From an uncultured Gammaproteobacteria bacterium (GTDB lineage Bacteria; Patescibacteriota; Microgenomatia; UBA10105; UBA927), in contig CAZNKB010000001.1 in assembly GCA_964573695.1 (NCBI GenBank), positions 231 to 64,230 of the forward strand: DNA of 64,000 bases, given 5' to 3'. Below, piece after piece: positions 38,562 to 48,996 of the stretch (position 1 is the stretch's first letter; the number at the start of each line of letters is the position of its first letter). Under the pieces are notes generated by a model that was not told the DNA's origin, did no database searches, and was given only the letters and a program-made list of their open reading frames with translations. The position numbers were made by a program, and so were the translations under genes.

Positions 38562-39320
38562 ATGGAACTACTCTTTGCAGGCATGACCCCGGTGATTATT
38601 ATCGTATTAGTAGCTATTCTTTCGTCTCTAAAACAGGTAAACGAATACGAACGCGGCGTGCAGTTTACTTTTGGACGCTTTTCCGGGGTTATGGAGCCTG
38701 GTTGGCGCATAGTTCTTCCTATCGTTCAGACGTGGCAAAAAGTCGATGTCCGCACAAAAGTAGTAGAAGAACCCGACCAGGAAGCCATTACCAAAGACAA
38801 TGTCAGCACCAAGATAACCGCTGTTATTTACTACAAAATCATCGACGCCAAAAAAACAATTTTGGAGGTGGAAAATTTTTATTGGGCAGTTTCGCAACTT
38901 GCTCAGACCACAATGCGCAACGTCATAGGAGAGGTCACACTGGATCAACTCCTTACCCAACGGCATGAATTAGCTCTCAAAATACGCGATATCGTCGAAA
39001 AATCCGCAGGGCAATGGGGCTTGGATGTATCGAGTGTGGAATTAAAAGACATCAAGCTCCCCGAATCCATGGTGCGTACCATGGCGAAACAGGCAGAAGC
39101 AGAGCGGGAAAAACGCGCGACGATTATCAACTCCGAAGGAGAAGTGATCGCATCCAAAAATCTTGCTATCGCTGCCGAAACCATGGCCCACACACCGGGA
39201 GCGCTTCATCTTCGAACACTCAATTCTATTAATGACATTTCCTCAGACCAATCCAACACGGTCGTATTTACCGTACCGTTAGAAATCCTGCACGCGATCG
39301 AAGGGTTTAAGAAAAAATAA
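38562..39320 (+). CDS. SPFH/band-7 (stomatin/HflC-like) protein
   Basis: N-terminal TM then SPFH domain. ATG at 38562 with GGAGG RBS. Confidence 0.8.
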   Translation: MELLFAGMTPVIIIVLVAILSSLKQVNEYERGVQFTFGRFSGVMEPGWRIVLPIVQTWQKVDVRTKVVEEPDQEAITKDNVSTKITAVIYYKIIDAKKTILEVENFYWAVSQLAQTTMRNVIGEVTLDQLLTQRHELALKIRDIVEKSAGQWGLDVSSVELKDIKLPESMVRTMAKQAEAEREKRATIINSEGEVIASKNLAIAAETMAHTPGALHLRTLNSINDISSDQSNTVVFTVPLEILHAIEGFKKK

Positions 39321-39328
39321 CCACCAGC

Positions 39329-40360
39329 CTACTCTTCTGTGGGAGGTGCTATTTTCGGTGTGGCGTGGCCGGATTTGACGGCTTTCCAAATGGCCTCTGT
39401 TATCTCTTTGGTGATTTTTCCGTTTTCTTTAAGATACAGTTTTGCCGCCTCTTTACCCTGGCCGAGCATTTGCGTCCCGTACTTTAGGAACGCTCCTGAT
39501 TTGGAAATAATATTAAATTCCACTCCGACGTCAAGCAAACATCCTTCCTTAGAAACGCCGTCATGCATGACATCAAATTCCGCAATCCTGAATGGCGGGG
39601 ATACCTTGTTTTTCACCACCCGCACGCGGTGCCTGCTGCCGATTACTTTATCGCCGTCTTTGAGCGTTTCTGTTTTACGAGAGTCCATGCGGATACTCGC
39701 ATAAAACTTGAGTGCCATACCACCCGTCGTCGTTTCGGGATTTCCAAACATCACGCCGATTTTTTGGCGCAATTGATTGGTAAATATAACCACTGCTTTG
39801 GATTTTGATATGACTGCAGTCAGCTTACGAAGCGCCTGAGACATAAGCCTTGCATGTACTCCCATCATGCTGTCGCCCATTTCACCCTCAATTTCGGCAC
39901 GAGGAACCAATGCTGCCACAGAATCGATGACGATGATATCAACCCCACCGCTTCTGATAAGTGTTTCAGCTATCTCGAGCGCCTGCTCTCCCGTATCCGG
40001 CTGTGAAATCAGAAGATCATCGAGCTTGACGCCCAGAATTTCCGCCCATTGCGGATCCAGTGCGTGTTCCGCATCGATAAACGCCGCGACGCCACCGTTT
40101 TTCTGAGCCTCCGCAATAATAGAAAGACACACGGTCGTTTTTCCGGAAGCCTCCGGTCCGTAAATTTCTACAATTCTTCCCCGGGGAACCCCTCCGACTC
40201 CAAGAGCCAGATCGAGCGGTAAAATACCGGAGGAAACCACATCAATCGCATCTCGGATATTTGCCTTTTCTCCCAGTTTCATAATGGAACCTTTTCCGTA
40301 CTGCTTCTCTATCTGTTCCATTGCGAGTCTGATTGCCTGAAGTTTTTGGTCTTGTGCCAT
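39329..40360 (-). CDS. recA: Recombinase RecA
   Basis: GPEASGKTT Walker A and the full RecA core. Confidence 0.95.
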   Translation of the reverse strand: MAQDQKLQAIRLAMEQIEKQYGKGSIMKLGEKANIRDAIDVVSSGILPLDLALGVGGVPRGRIVEIYGPEASGKTTVCLSIIAEAQKNGGVAAFIDAEHALDPQWAEILGVKLDDLLISQPDTGEQALEIAETLIRSGGVDIIVIDSVAALVPRAEIEGEMGDSMMGVHARLMSQALRKLTAVISKSKAVVIFTNQLRQKIGVMFGNPETTTGGMALKFYASIRMDSRKTETLKDGDKVIGSRHRVRVVKNKVSPPFRIAEFDVMHDGVSKEGCLLDVGVEFNIISKSGAFLKYGTQMLGQGKEAAKLYLKENGKITKEITEAIWKAVKSGHATPKIAPPTEE

Positions 40361-40460
40361 AAAGTACCTCCTGTGGGAAGAATGTTGGGGCAGACCTACG
40401 ACACTTCATCGCAGGATCTTACCCATTTTTGCATAATAAATGGTAGAATACAAGGATTAA

Positions 40461-40736
<276 letters not shown>

Positions 40737-40746
40737 CAAAATGAGG

Positions 40747-42246
40747 CTACGGAGATATATGTTGCAGTATTATCAACTTATCGATAACGGGTCCTATCTG
40801 TTGTGCGATAAGCTTGTTTCCTTCACGGGTTGCATGACCGAAATTTCCCCCGAAATAATCAGTAAATAAATCCTGATACCTCATACCACGTAACGCATCC
40901 TGAAAATTCTTCTTATTTTCTACCACAAATATACTAGCAGGTTGTTCTCTCATATCCTTGGCAAACAACTCCGTGAGCGGTAAAGCGGACTGAAGCGGGT
41001 ATTGCACCGCAATGACCGGTATATGATACTCGCCGGCTATATCGATAATTCTTCTGTAGTTGAATTTTGTCATCGGATGTAAATCATCTGAAACCGGTAA
41101 CACGCCCAACGACAGAACTCCTGAAGCGGAAGAAGCGCGGTTGTTTTGTTCTATGACAGCTAAACTCGCCATCGCATTCGCATTATTAGAGTCAATCTCC
41201 AACACCTTCTCAAAAAGCCCGACAGCTATGTCTAACCTATTTCGCTTACGATATATCTCGGCAAGCTCAAAATACGGTGCCAAAAATTTCGGATTATATT
41301 GTATAGCACTTCGATACAACACTGACGCTTTTTCATCATCGTTCAAGAACCAGGAATTGAGCGTCCCGTACTCTGAGTAGGCAAGCCAATACTGCGGATT
41401 TAGCCGTAAGGCGATCTCATACATTTCTCCTGCCAAGACGGTCTGACCGTTGTCCCGGTAAAAATTTCCAAGCTCTGTGTATACACCTTCTGATTTAGGG
41501 TTCACTTCCTTTGCCTTTAGTAACATACGTTCCGCTTCCAGGTTTCTCGAAACATCCCTGTACAGTAATGCCAGATGCACATAATGGCCGGCGTTTGCCG
41601 GGTCTATCGTGATACACCGAAGAAAATATTTTTCCGCCTGCCCGTATTGACCAAATATACGGAACTGTTCACCTTTTTGGTTAAGCTTATGAGCATCATG
41701 ATCCACATACATATCCCGCATATATACAAACAAATTTTTTGCACTATCTAGCACACGACGAAAGAACTGTAAACTGAGAAACACACCCGGGGGTTCACTT
41801 ATGTCAGTAGGAAAAAAACGAAACGAGTCCACACGACTATCATTTATCCCTATCATGCTTACAACGACATCCGGCTGAAACTGGATAATCTGCTTTTTCA
41901 GATTGCCCGCTATTATACTTGTGTTAGTTCCCGGAACAGCCTGGTTGATAACGTGTATGGAGCGGTCGGGGTAAGTTAGCTGTAATATTTTTTCGAGTTG
42001 TCTGGGCCAGGTGTCAGGATTCTTTCCGGCTGTTGTGGACTCGCCTAGCGTCAGAATTACAAAATCTTTTGACGTCGTTATCTGATTATCCCGATTCGCG
42101 TAAATCACCGCAAATCCCCAAAGCCGAAGCAGCAATTCTAACGTCAAAAGCCACATGAGAACGGCAATACAAAAGAATATAAAACCGTGAATACCTCTTT
42201 TTATATGCGCTCTATACATATGAAAAAATATCTTCGCTTTATCCAT
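40747..42246 (-). CDS. Membrane-anchored SGNH/GDSL hydrolase with central TPR repeats
   Basis: GDSL block I (LGESTT), block III (GINDS), TPR repeats, C-terminal block V-like GHATREGN. Start trimmed to MDKAK; the upstream part of the track ORF overlaps trmH and is rejected. Confidence 0.55.
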   Translation of the reverse strand: MDKAKIFFHMYRAHIKRGIHGFIFFCIAVLMWLLTLELLLRLWGFAVIYANRDNQITTSKDFVILTLGESTTAGKNPDTWPRQLEKILQLTYPDRSIHVINQAVPGTNTSIIAGNLKKQIIQFQPDVVVSMIGINDSRVDSFRFFPTDISEPPGVFLSLQFFRRVLDSAKNLFVYMRDMYVDHDAHKLNQKGEQFRIFGQYGQAEKYFLRCITIDPANAGHYVHLALLYRDVSRNLEAERMLLKAKEVNPKSEGVYTELGNFYRDNGQTVLAGEMYEIALRLNPQYWLAYSEYGTLNSWFLNDDEKASVLYRSAIQYNPKFLAPYFELAEIYRKRNRLDIAVGLFEKVLEIDSNNANAMASLAVIEQNNRASSASGVLSLGVLPVSDDLHPMTKFNYRRIIDIAGEYHIPVIAVQYPLQSALPLTELFAKDMREQPASIFVVENKKNFQDALRGMRYQDLFTDYFGGNFGHATREGNKLIAQQIGPVIDKLIILQHISP

Positions 42247-42337
42247 AGACAAATATCTATCTCTCGCGAATTGACATGAACCTTTGTACCTGAAATGCGA
42301 CGCAAAATTGACCTTCACTCGTAGTATACTCGTTGTG

Positions 42338-42931
42338 ATGCAATCCAAGCGCCTGGAACGAATAACACGCGTGGTAGAAAACCGCCAGCAAGGTATGATC
42401 GTCGTGTTGGAAGATATCCACGATCCGCATAATGCTGCTGCTATTTTGCGTACCTGCGACGCCCTCGGAATACAAAACATCTGGTTCATCTTTGAAAAAG
42501 AAACAAAATATAATCCTAAACGGATCGGAAAAGCAACCAGTTCTTCCGCAAATAAGTGGATTGACATTGAGATATTCTCATCCACCTCTTCTTGCATCAG
42601 GGCGCTCAAAAAACAAGGGTACGCCATAATAGCAACATCCCTTACGCCAAATGCATCGTCACTGCTTGCTCATCAGTTTGTGGAAAAAAAGATTGCGCTG
42701 GTGGTAGGAAACGAGCACGACGGGGTGTCAGAAGAAATGCTGCAGCATGCCGATATCGTGCTAAAAATCCCCATGTTGGGATTTGTCCAAAGCCTCAACG
42801 TTTCCGTCGCGACAGCTATTACACTCTGGGAAATTACCAAACACCGAATGTTTTCCGGCTCCACATTCGTATTAGGAAAAAAGGATCAGCAAAAACTTCT
42901 TAAAGACTTTTTGGAACGCGCCAAAAAGTAA
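42338..42931 (+). CDS. SpoU/TrmH family RNA 2'-O-methyltransferase
   Basis: SPOUT motifs (VVLEDIHDPHNAAAILRTCDA; VVGNEHDGVS; IPM.G...SLNVSVA). Confidence 0.8.
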   Translation: MQSKRLERITRVVENRQQGMIVVLEDIHDPHNAAAILRTCDALGIQNIWFIFEKETKYNPKRIGKATSSSANKWIDIEIFSSTSSCIRALKKQGYAIIATSLTPNASSLLAHQFVEKKIALVVGNEHDGVSEEMLQHADIVLKIPMLGFVQSLNVSVATAITLWEITKHRMFSGSTFVLGKKDQQKLLKDFLERAKK

Positions 42932-43033
42932 TCTTTTTAGAAATCTTCTATAGGGAAAAGAGCAGCAACGGTTTATTCGGGCTTTGACCGAAGCTGCGTC
43001 GAGAAAAACCACAGCATTTGTCTCGAAACGAGC

Positions 43034-43492
43034 TTAGCGCTTCGGGGATTGTTTGCGTGCACGGGCTTTTCCGGCGAATCCTGCCTTGCGGCGTTCTTTC
43101 TTACGCGGATCACGAGTCATAAAGCCACGTTTTTTGAGAATCGGTCGGAATTTTTCCTTGTCGGTTTTCTCGAGAGCCCGTGCAATGCCGTGGACCACGG
43201 CTCCCAATTGTCCCGCATGTCCTCCACCGGTCAATATTATACTGGTGACAAATCTTCCAATCGTGTTGGTCGTCCGGAATGGTTCCAAGTATACCTTCTT
43301 CGCGACCTCTCCGGGGAAATATGTTTCGGCGGGCTTACCGTTTATGATAAATTCGCCTTTTGCTACAGTGACCCCTCGAACAACAACGCTTTCCTCTTTG
43401 GCGACGTACAGCCGAACCCGAGCTGTTGCATTTTTTCTCCGGCCTACCGCTTCGTAATAAGAAACCTTTGAATCTATCAGTTCATCTGTCAT
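43034..43492 (-). CDS. rpsI: 30S ribosomal protein S9
   Basis: GGG..GQ..A..HG..RAL and C-terminal ...RKKERRK..KARK..PKR. Confidence 0.9.
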   Translation of the reverse strand: MTDELIDSKVSYYEAVGRRKNATARVRLYVAKEESVVVRGVTVAKGEFIINGKPAETYFPGEVAKKVYLEPFRTTNTIGRFVTSIILTGGGHAGQLGAVVHGIARALEKTDKEKFRPILKKRGFMTRDPRKKERRKAGFAGKARARKQSPKR

Positions 43493-43497
43493 AGTAT

Positions 43498-43926
43498 TTA
43501 TTTTGTAAATTTGCTGCCGAATTTATGCGTATCCTCAGGATTGACATGAAGACGGGCGATCATACCATGGCGCAATCTGTTTTTCGGAAGCATTCCCATG
43601 ACCGCTGCCCGAATAATGTCCTGCGGCCGATCGACCCGCAACTGCCATAGTGCTTTTGTCTTAAGTCCTCCCGGATATCCGGAATACCGAGTATACATCT
43701 TTTCTTTCTCTTTGTGACCGGTCACTTTAATGTGCTTTGCATTGATCACTACGACATAATCCCCGCAGTCTAAATTCCGCACGAAGTACGGCTTGGATTT
43801 ACCGATCAGCTTAGCGGCAATTTCTACGGCGACCCGGCCCAGTACCTTATCTTTCGCGTCAATAAGCACCCAGGAACGGGATATTTCGCTTGCTTTTGTG
43901 GCATTGGTTGATTTTGTTGCGTTCAT
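43498..43926 (-). CDS. rplM: 50S ribosomal protein L13
   Basis: W.LIDA....LGR.A..IA..L.GK. Confidence 0.9.
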   Translation of the reverse strand: MNATKSTNATKASEISRSWVLIDAKDKVLGRVAVEIAAKLIGKSKPYFVRNLDCGDYVVVINAKHIKVTGHKEKEKMYTRYSGYPGGLKTKALWQLRVDRPQDIIRAAVMGMLPKNRLRHGMIARLHVNPEDTHKFGSKFTK

Positions 43927-43930
43927 ACTA

Positions 43931-44422
43931 TTATTTGGTCGTTGTTTTCCTGGCCTTTGCTTTTTGTTTGGACTGTTCTTCCTGTACCACTTCAGCTTCT
44001 ACAACTGCCGGTACCTTTTTCGATACCTTGGTAGTCTTGGGTACTTTAACTGCTTCTTGGACAGGGGCAGCGTCGACGAATTCTAGGTATACCATTTCGG
44101 ACGCATCGCCCTTGCGGGTACCCAATTTCACAACCCGTGTATATCCGCTTGTTCGAGAACCAAACCTAGTCTTGGTCATTTCGGTAAGGGTCGTAAGGGC
44201 AATCCTATCGGAAAGCGTTTTGTGCGCCTCGCGCACGGCACCACTGGTGGCCTTCTTCACCTGGGTGATAAGCTTTTCGACCATGGGTTGGATCGATTTG
44301 GCTTTCGCAAACGTCGTGCGAATTCTTCCGTGCATGATTAATTCACGCGAAAGATTCCGGAATAATTGCTTCCGTTCATCCTTGTTCCTACCTAATTTGC
44401 GTCCAAAATACCCGTGTTTCAT
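43931..44422 (-). CDS. rplQ: 50S ribosomal protein L17 (lysine-rich C-terminal extension)
   Basis: MKHG..GRKLGR...R..L.RNL...L...RI.TT..KAK. Confidence 0.85.
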   Translation of the reverse strand: MKHGYFGRKLGRNKDERKQLFRNLSRELIMHGRIRTTFAKAKSIQPMVEKLITQVKKATSGAVREAHKTLSDRIALTTLTEMTKTRFGSRTSGYTRVVKLGTRKGDASEMVYLEFVDAAPVQEAVKVPKTTKVSKKVPAVVEAEVVQEEQSKQKAKARKTTTK

Positions 44423-44428
44423 ACTCGT

Positions 44429-45349
44429 TTAGACAGTAAGTGCTACTCCCTTTTCCCGAAGTTTCTCTTCCACTATGGAAAGAGATTTTGCTCCAAGATT
44501 CTTAATCTTCATGAGTTCAACTCGCGGGGTTCCCAATAGTTGACCTATCGTTTCTATACTGCCCCGTGCCAACGCATTGACGATGCGGGTTGGAATATCA
44601 AGCTCCTCAATACGCATTTTAAGCACTTCGTCAGAAATTGACGGTGTCACTGCCACCGCGTCATCCGAAACTTTGGCTTTCGGCTCAAACACCTGCAAAA
44701 AATATGACACCAGCACTTTAGATGCGCTGCGAAGAGCATCGAGCGGACCTATTGTTTCATCCGTCCAGATCTCCATCACTAATTTATCCAAGTTTGTCAT
44801 TCTTCCCACGCGGGTAGCATCCACACGATAATTCACCCGGACCACAGGGCTATATAGTGAATCCATAGGAATCCGTCCTACTTCATTAAGATGCCGTTCG
44901 TCTGCCTGAATATACCCATATCCTTTTTCTACGGTAGCTTCCAAATCTAGTTCTGCCTTTTTGTCCGTAAGGGTAGCAATATGCAGATTCGGGTTTGCGA
45001 TCGAAATCCCGGCCGGAACTTCAAAATCTTCTGCTGTGACAGCTCCCGGTCCTTTTTTGGTGAGCTTCAACACTGCAGAGTCCCCGTCGGCCATAGACAA
45101 ACGGACTTTTTTGAGATTCAAAATAAGTTCAACAACATCCTCTTTGAGTCCTGCAAGGGTACTAAACTGATGCGCCACTCCACTCACTTTGATAGAAGTA
45201 ATGGCGGCTCCCGGCAAAGACGAAAGCAATACGCGGCGAAGGCTATTGCCCAGTGTATGACCATATCCTTGTTCGAGCGGCTCTATGACAAACATGCCAT
45301 AGCCTGGTTTTTCTACTTCTGTTTTTATGACGAAATTTGGGTCTATCAT
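44429..45349 (-). CDS. rpoA: DNA-directed RNA polymerase subunit alpha
   Basis: N-terminal dimerisation domain (G.T.GN.LRR.LLSS..G), C-terminal domain (L....IEEL....R..N.L....I.T.G.L). Confidence 0.9.
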   Translation of the reverse strand: MIDPNFVIKTEVEKPGYGMFVIEPLEQGYGHTLGNSLRRVLLSSLPGAAITSIKVSGVAHQFSTLAGLKEDVVELILNLKKVRLSMADGDSAVLKLTKKGPGAVTAEDFEVPAGISIANPNLHIATLTDKKAELDLEATVEKGYGYIQADERHLNEVGRIPMDSLYSPVVRVNYRVDATRVGRMTNLDKLVMEIWTDETIGPLDALRSASKVLVSYFLQVFEPKAKVSDDAVAVTPSISDEVLKMRIEELDIPTRIVNALARGSIETIGQLLGTPRVELMKIKNLGAKSLSIVEEKLREKGVALTV

Positions 45350-45420
45350 AAATATATGCTTAGAGCGTAATGCAGAGATGACTTAAGCGTTTAAGCCGTC
45401 ACTGCGTTTGCCCTACCTCC

Positions 45421-46041
45421 TTAACGAGAATAATACTCGATAACCAATTGTGTATTAATGTCTTCTTTCACGTCGTCACGTTCCGGTAACCTGGTTACCT
45501 TTCCCGTGCCAGACTGACGAAGCAGCCAACCAGCGGGAACAAATGTCTTATCGTCGAGCATTTTTTTGATAGCCGGTATATTGGCTGATTTAGATTTAAG
45601 CGTAATCACTTCATCTTTGGCAACCAAATACGACGGGATATTGACCTTTTTCCCGTTGACGAACACGTGACCATGGGACACGAACTGACGGGCAGATGTA
45701 CGGGTTGGTGCAAGTCCCAGGCGGAACAGCGTGTTATCGAGCCTGCGTTCCAAAAACTGCACGAGCATATCACCGGTGTTTCCCCGCCATTTCCGTGCCA
45801 TGGCGTAGTATCTCCTGAACTGTCGCTCCATTACTCCATACAGGCGCTTCACCTTCTGTTTTTCGCGAAGTTGAACTCCGTATCCGGAAAGCTTTCTCCG
45901 CATTTTTTGACCGTGTTGTCCCGGCGGAACATTAAGCCGACGCTGCAATCCGGCATGACTTTTGGTACCAATTGTCTTAAGGCCCAAGTCAATGCCTTCT
46001 TTTCGTGCTAATCTATTTTTTGGTCCTGTATATCGTGCCAT
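45421..46041 (-). CDS. rpsD: 30S ribosomal protein S4
   Basis: MARYTGPK.RL.R.EG.DL. Confidence 0.9.
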   Translation of the reverse strand: MARYTGPKNRLARKEGIDLGLKTIGTKSHAGLQRRLNVPPGQHGQKMRRKLSGYGVQLREKQKVKRLYGVMERQFRRYYAMARKWRGNTGDMLVQFLERRLDNTLFRLGLAPTRTSARQFVSHGHVFVNGKKVNIPSYLVAKDEVITLKSKSANIPAIKKMLDDKTFVPAGWLLRQSGTGKVTRLPERDDVKEDINTQLVIEYYSR

Positions 46042-46042
46042 A

Positions 46043-46414
46043 TTATACTCTCCGTTTTTTCTTTGGTCTGACTCCGTTGTGCGGAATCGGCGTCACATCG
46101 GCAATTAACGAAATCCCCAATCCCACGGCTTTAAGCGCGCGAAGTGCGGCATCTCGGCCTGCGCCCGGCCCTTTGATATAGACTTCCACTTCACGAAGCC
46201 CTGCATCCATAGCTTTGCGAGCAACACCCTCAACTGCAGTCGTTGCGGCATAGGGAGTAGCCCGCCTGGCTCCCTTAAATCCCACAAGTCCTGAAGAACC
46301 CCAATAGAGCGAATTTCCGTGCTCATCCGTTATGGTGACCAGCGTATTATTAAACGTAGCCGTAATATAGACTCTGCCTTTTGTCGGAATGGTTTTGGTG
46401 ACTTTTGTTGCCAT
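46043..46414 (-). CDS. rpsK: 30S ribosomal protein S11
   Basis: ...A.I.ATFNNT.VT.TD..GN....SSG..GFKG.R..TP.AA. Confidence 0.9.
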   Translation of the reverse strand: MATKVTKTIPTKGRVYITATFNNTLVTITDEHGNSLYWGSSGLVGFKGARRATPYAATTAVEGVARKAMDAGLREVEVYIKGPGAGRDAALRALKAVGLGISLIADVTPIPHNGVRPKKKRRV

Positions 46415-46417
46415 AGG

Positions 46418-46828
46418 TTATTTGCTTTCTGCTGCTGGTGTCTCCTGTTTTGCGCGATCTTCTTTCTTGAGTGCCCCAACGGTCATACGCTTTCCTCGCT
46501 TGGTACGGGCATTTGTCCGTGTTCGTTGACCGCGACTCGGAAGTCTGCGGGAGTGCCGCATTCCGCGGTAGGATTTAATATCGATCAATCGTTTAATGTT
46601 GTTACCGACGGCCCTGCGCAAGTCTCCCTCTACCATAGCTTCTTTCTCTATGATTTTAGTCAATTTGCTCACCTCATCGTCGGTTAACGTTTTAAATCTG
46701 CGTGATCCGTCGAGTTCGGCTTTTTTGAGTATTCCGACGACGTTAGACCTGCCAATACCATACAAATATGTAAGGGCAATATCTAAACGCTTTTCGTTTG
46801 GTAAATCTACTCCTGATATACGTGCCAT
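46418..46828 (-). CDS. rpsM: 30S ribosomal protein S13
   Basis: MARI.GVDLP..KR...ALTY.YGIG. Confidence 0.9.
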   Translation of the reverse strand: MARISGVDLPNEKRLDIALTYLYGIGRSNVVGILKKAELDGSRRFKTLTDDEVSKLTKIIEKEAMVEGDLRRAVGNNIKRLIDIKSYRGMRHSRRLPSRGQRTRTNARTKRGKRMTVGALKKEDRAKQETPAAESK

Positions 46829-46893
46829 GTTAGTTCATTGTTCACAGTCCATTGTTCATAGTTATCAGGCTATGAACCATGAACCATTTACTA

Positions 46894-47007
46894 TCATCCT
46901 TGCCGCTGTTTATGCTTCGGGTTTTCGCAAATGACATACACCCGTCCCCGTCGACGGACAACAGTACATTTCCTGCACATTGGTTTGATACTCGCACGAA
47001 CTTTCAT
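46894..47007 (-). CDS. rpmJ: 50S ribosomal protein L36 (Zn-binding form)
   Basis: Manual translation [37 protein letters not shown]. Below the ORF-track cutoff. Confidence 0.8.
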   Translation of the reverse strand: MKVRASIKPMCRKCTVVRRRGRVYVICENPKHKQRQG

Positions 47008-47014
47008 AATCCCT

Positions 47015-47233
47015 CTATTTCATCCGATAGGTGATCCTTCCCTTGGTCGGATCATATGGCGTCATCTCAATTTTTACCCGGTCACCCGGCATAATTCGGA
47101 TAAAATGCAAACGCATTTTACCGGACAGATGACAAAGTACTATATGACCGTTTGGCAACTTCACCCGGAACAACGTATTTGGCAAACACTCCGATACTTC
47201 ACCGTCTATCTCTATATTTCCCTGATGTGCCAT
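47015..47233 (-). CDS. infA: Translation initiation factor IF-1
   Basis: ...G.V.E.LPN..FRV.L.NGH.V....SGKMR...IRI..GD.V..E.TPYD..KGRI..R. Confidence 0.9.
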   Translation of the reverse strand: MAHQGNIEIDGEVSECLPNTLFRVKLPNGHIVLCHLSGKMRLHFIRIMPGDRVKIEMTPYDPTKGRITYRMK

Positions 47234-47234
47234 A

Positions 47235-47271
47235 AAATAACAACAAACTTCCCTCTTAGTTAGAGAGGGAA
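47235..47271 (-). terminator. Intrinsic terminator downstream of the sulfatase-like gene (UUCCCUCU-loop-AGAGGGAA-GUUUGUUGUUAUUUUAU)
   Basis: Perfect 8-bp stem plus U-rich tract on the minus strand. Confidence 0.55.
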
Positions 47272-47340
47272 ATTGTTAAGAGCCTTATTGTACCGCATCC
47301 GAAGGCTTTGGTCAACCGTCGCTCTTTGGATAATTTAGCC

Positions 47341-48996
47341 TCAAAAATATCCGCTATTTATGATTTCCTGGCGCTTTTCATCATCTACCCAAACGGGAAA
47401 TTCTGCGCTTACCGAAGCGTATTTGGGAGACGCACTGAGTATTCGCGTCAGCGCATTATCAAGCCTGCCCGCAATATCCAGATGATTACCGAGAATATTA
47501 TTCTGCTCTAACGGATCCGTCATGAGATCGTACAGCTCAACATAACGCTTCACGAGAGAGTTATTTTTATACATTTTCCAACGGTTGTTACGGATAGACG
47601 TAATCTGATTCCCGCGATGCTGTCCGATAAGATACCGCTCGCCTACAAACTGCTCTCCGCGGCCTTGAAGCACAGGCACCATACTCAATCCTTCAACCGG
47701 GGAGATTTGCGGAATCCCGACAAGAGCAAGAAGTGTCGGATAAATATCGACAGCTTGGATAAGCTCATGAAACACCCCTGTGGCTACCCTTGGCACCGAC
47801 ATTATAAACGGCGCGTGCGTCGATGTGTTGTATATATTCCACCCGTGATCGAATTCTCCATGCTCCAACAAATCCTCACCATTATCAGAAAAAATGATCA
47901 CTATGGTTTTCCGTTTAATTTCGGGGCGGTTCACAAAATCCAAGAGCGCTTTCATATCCCGATCCACCTGGAAAAGCCGCTCATCATACATGCCTTGCAT
48001 ATAGGCAATCATTTCCGGATTCCCTTTGTCTACTATTCTCCAGTACCACCCTATATATAAATCGTACTGCTCGTACATCGGGAACGTCCAGAACACCCGT
48101 TGCGCTTTCGTCAAATCGCCATGTGTTACTGCAGACTGCAACTCGGAAACGATGCGCTTGTTCCGCTGCACGCTTTCCGGCGTCAGACTGAGCGCGAGAC
48201 GCTTCTGAAACTCAGTAAGTGCGTACACATAAAACGGAAGAGTGTTTACATGAAATTCTTCCGCAGTAACCGGAACAATGGGAAAGGTCCGCGCCTTGGT
48301 AAATTGCCATGGGCCTTCTCCGGGTAAATACGGAGAATGCGGCGCATACGTATGCAGAAACATAAATGTCGGTTTGGTACCAAGAAACAATGGCAATAAT
48401 TTTTCATATTTCGCCGGCCAATTAGGAAGCGTGCCGTCTATTTGATGAAATTCCGTAAACCCCTGCTCTATTCCTTTGTCTAACGGTAAATTGACATCAT
48501 CCATTCCTCCCGCCCATACAGTCCGGTACCCATTGTTTCTCAGCAAACTGACGAACGAGGGAATATCAGGATTTAGCTTATCCTTGAGGGCTTCCAAGAC
48601 ATGATGCGTTGAAGGATACAGTCCGGTAAAAATAGACATGTGGCTATCAAGCGTAAATGACGACTGCGTATAAAAACGCGAAAACAATATGTTCTTGTCT
48701 GCAAACGAGCATAGATTAGGAGTGGTGTTGCGTTCGTATCCATAACAAGGCATCTCGTCCGCCCTCATAGTATCCAAATTTACCAGGATGATATTGCAAT
48801 CAGGACATACCGGCATTCCCGGTAGGGAAAACGGAAGTCTGGTAAACACCTCATTTCTCAGGGTTCGGATGCCTTTGGGAACTATGGAGAGCACGCCAAA
48901 GACGGCGACAAGGCTCACAATCACGCTGAACAATTGGCGCAATCTAAATCTTTTCGTAGACCTAGCTGAATCATTACCCGATGATTGTCGCATCAT
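47341..48996 (-). CDS. Membrane-anchored sulfatase-like hydrolase/transferase (alkaline phosphatase superfamily)
   Basis: N-terminal TM; CPDCNIILVNLDTMRAD...TPN...F...Y......T..S...IFTGLYP..H. Paralog of the next gene. Confidence 0.6.
   Translation of the reverse strand: MMRQSSGNDSARSTKRFRLRQLFSVIVSLVAVFGVLSIVPKGIRTLRNEVFTRLPFSLPGMPVCPDCNIILVNLDTMRADEMPCYGYERNTTPNLCSFADKNILFSRFYTQSSFTLDSHMSIFTGLYPSTHHVLEALKDKLNPDIPSFVSLLRNNGYRTVWAGGMDDVNLPLDKGIEQGFTEFHQIDGTLPNWPAKYEKLLPLFLGTKPTFMFLHTYAPHSPYLPGEGPWQFTKARTFPIVPVTAEEFHVNTLPFYVYALTEFQKRLALSLTPESVQRNKRIVSELQSAVTHGDLTKAQRVFWTFPMYEQYDLYIGWYWRIVDKGNPEMIAYMQGMYDERLFQVDRDMKALLDFVNRPEIKRKTIVIIFSDNGEDLLEHGEFDHGWNIYNTSTHAPFIMSVPRVATGVFHELIQAVDIYPTLLALVGIPQISPVEGLSMVPVLQGRGEQFVGERYLIGQHRGNQITSIRNNRWKMYKNNSLVKRYVELYDLMTDPLEQNNILGNHLDIAGRLDNALTRILSASPKYASVSAEFPVWVDDEKRQEIINSGYF

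Noticed and set aside
42247-42627. N-terminal 127 codons of the 626-aa minus-strand ORF
   Set aside because: They overlap the SpoU/TrmH gene on the opposite strand. A TM helix and an ATG at 42246 give a cleaner start; the overlap is treated as an over-extension.
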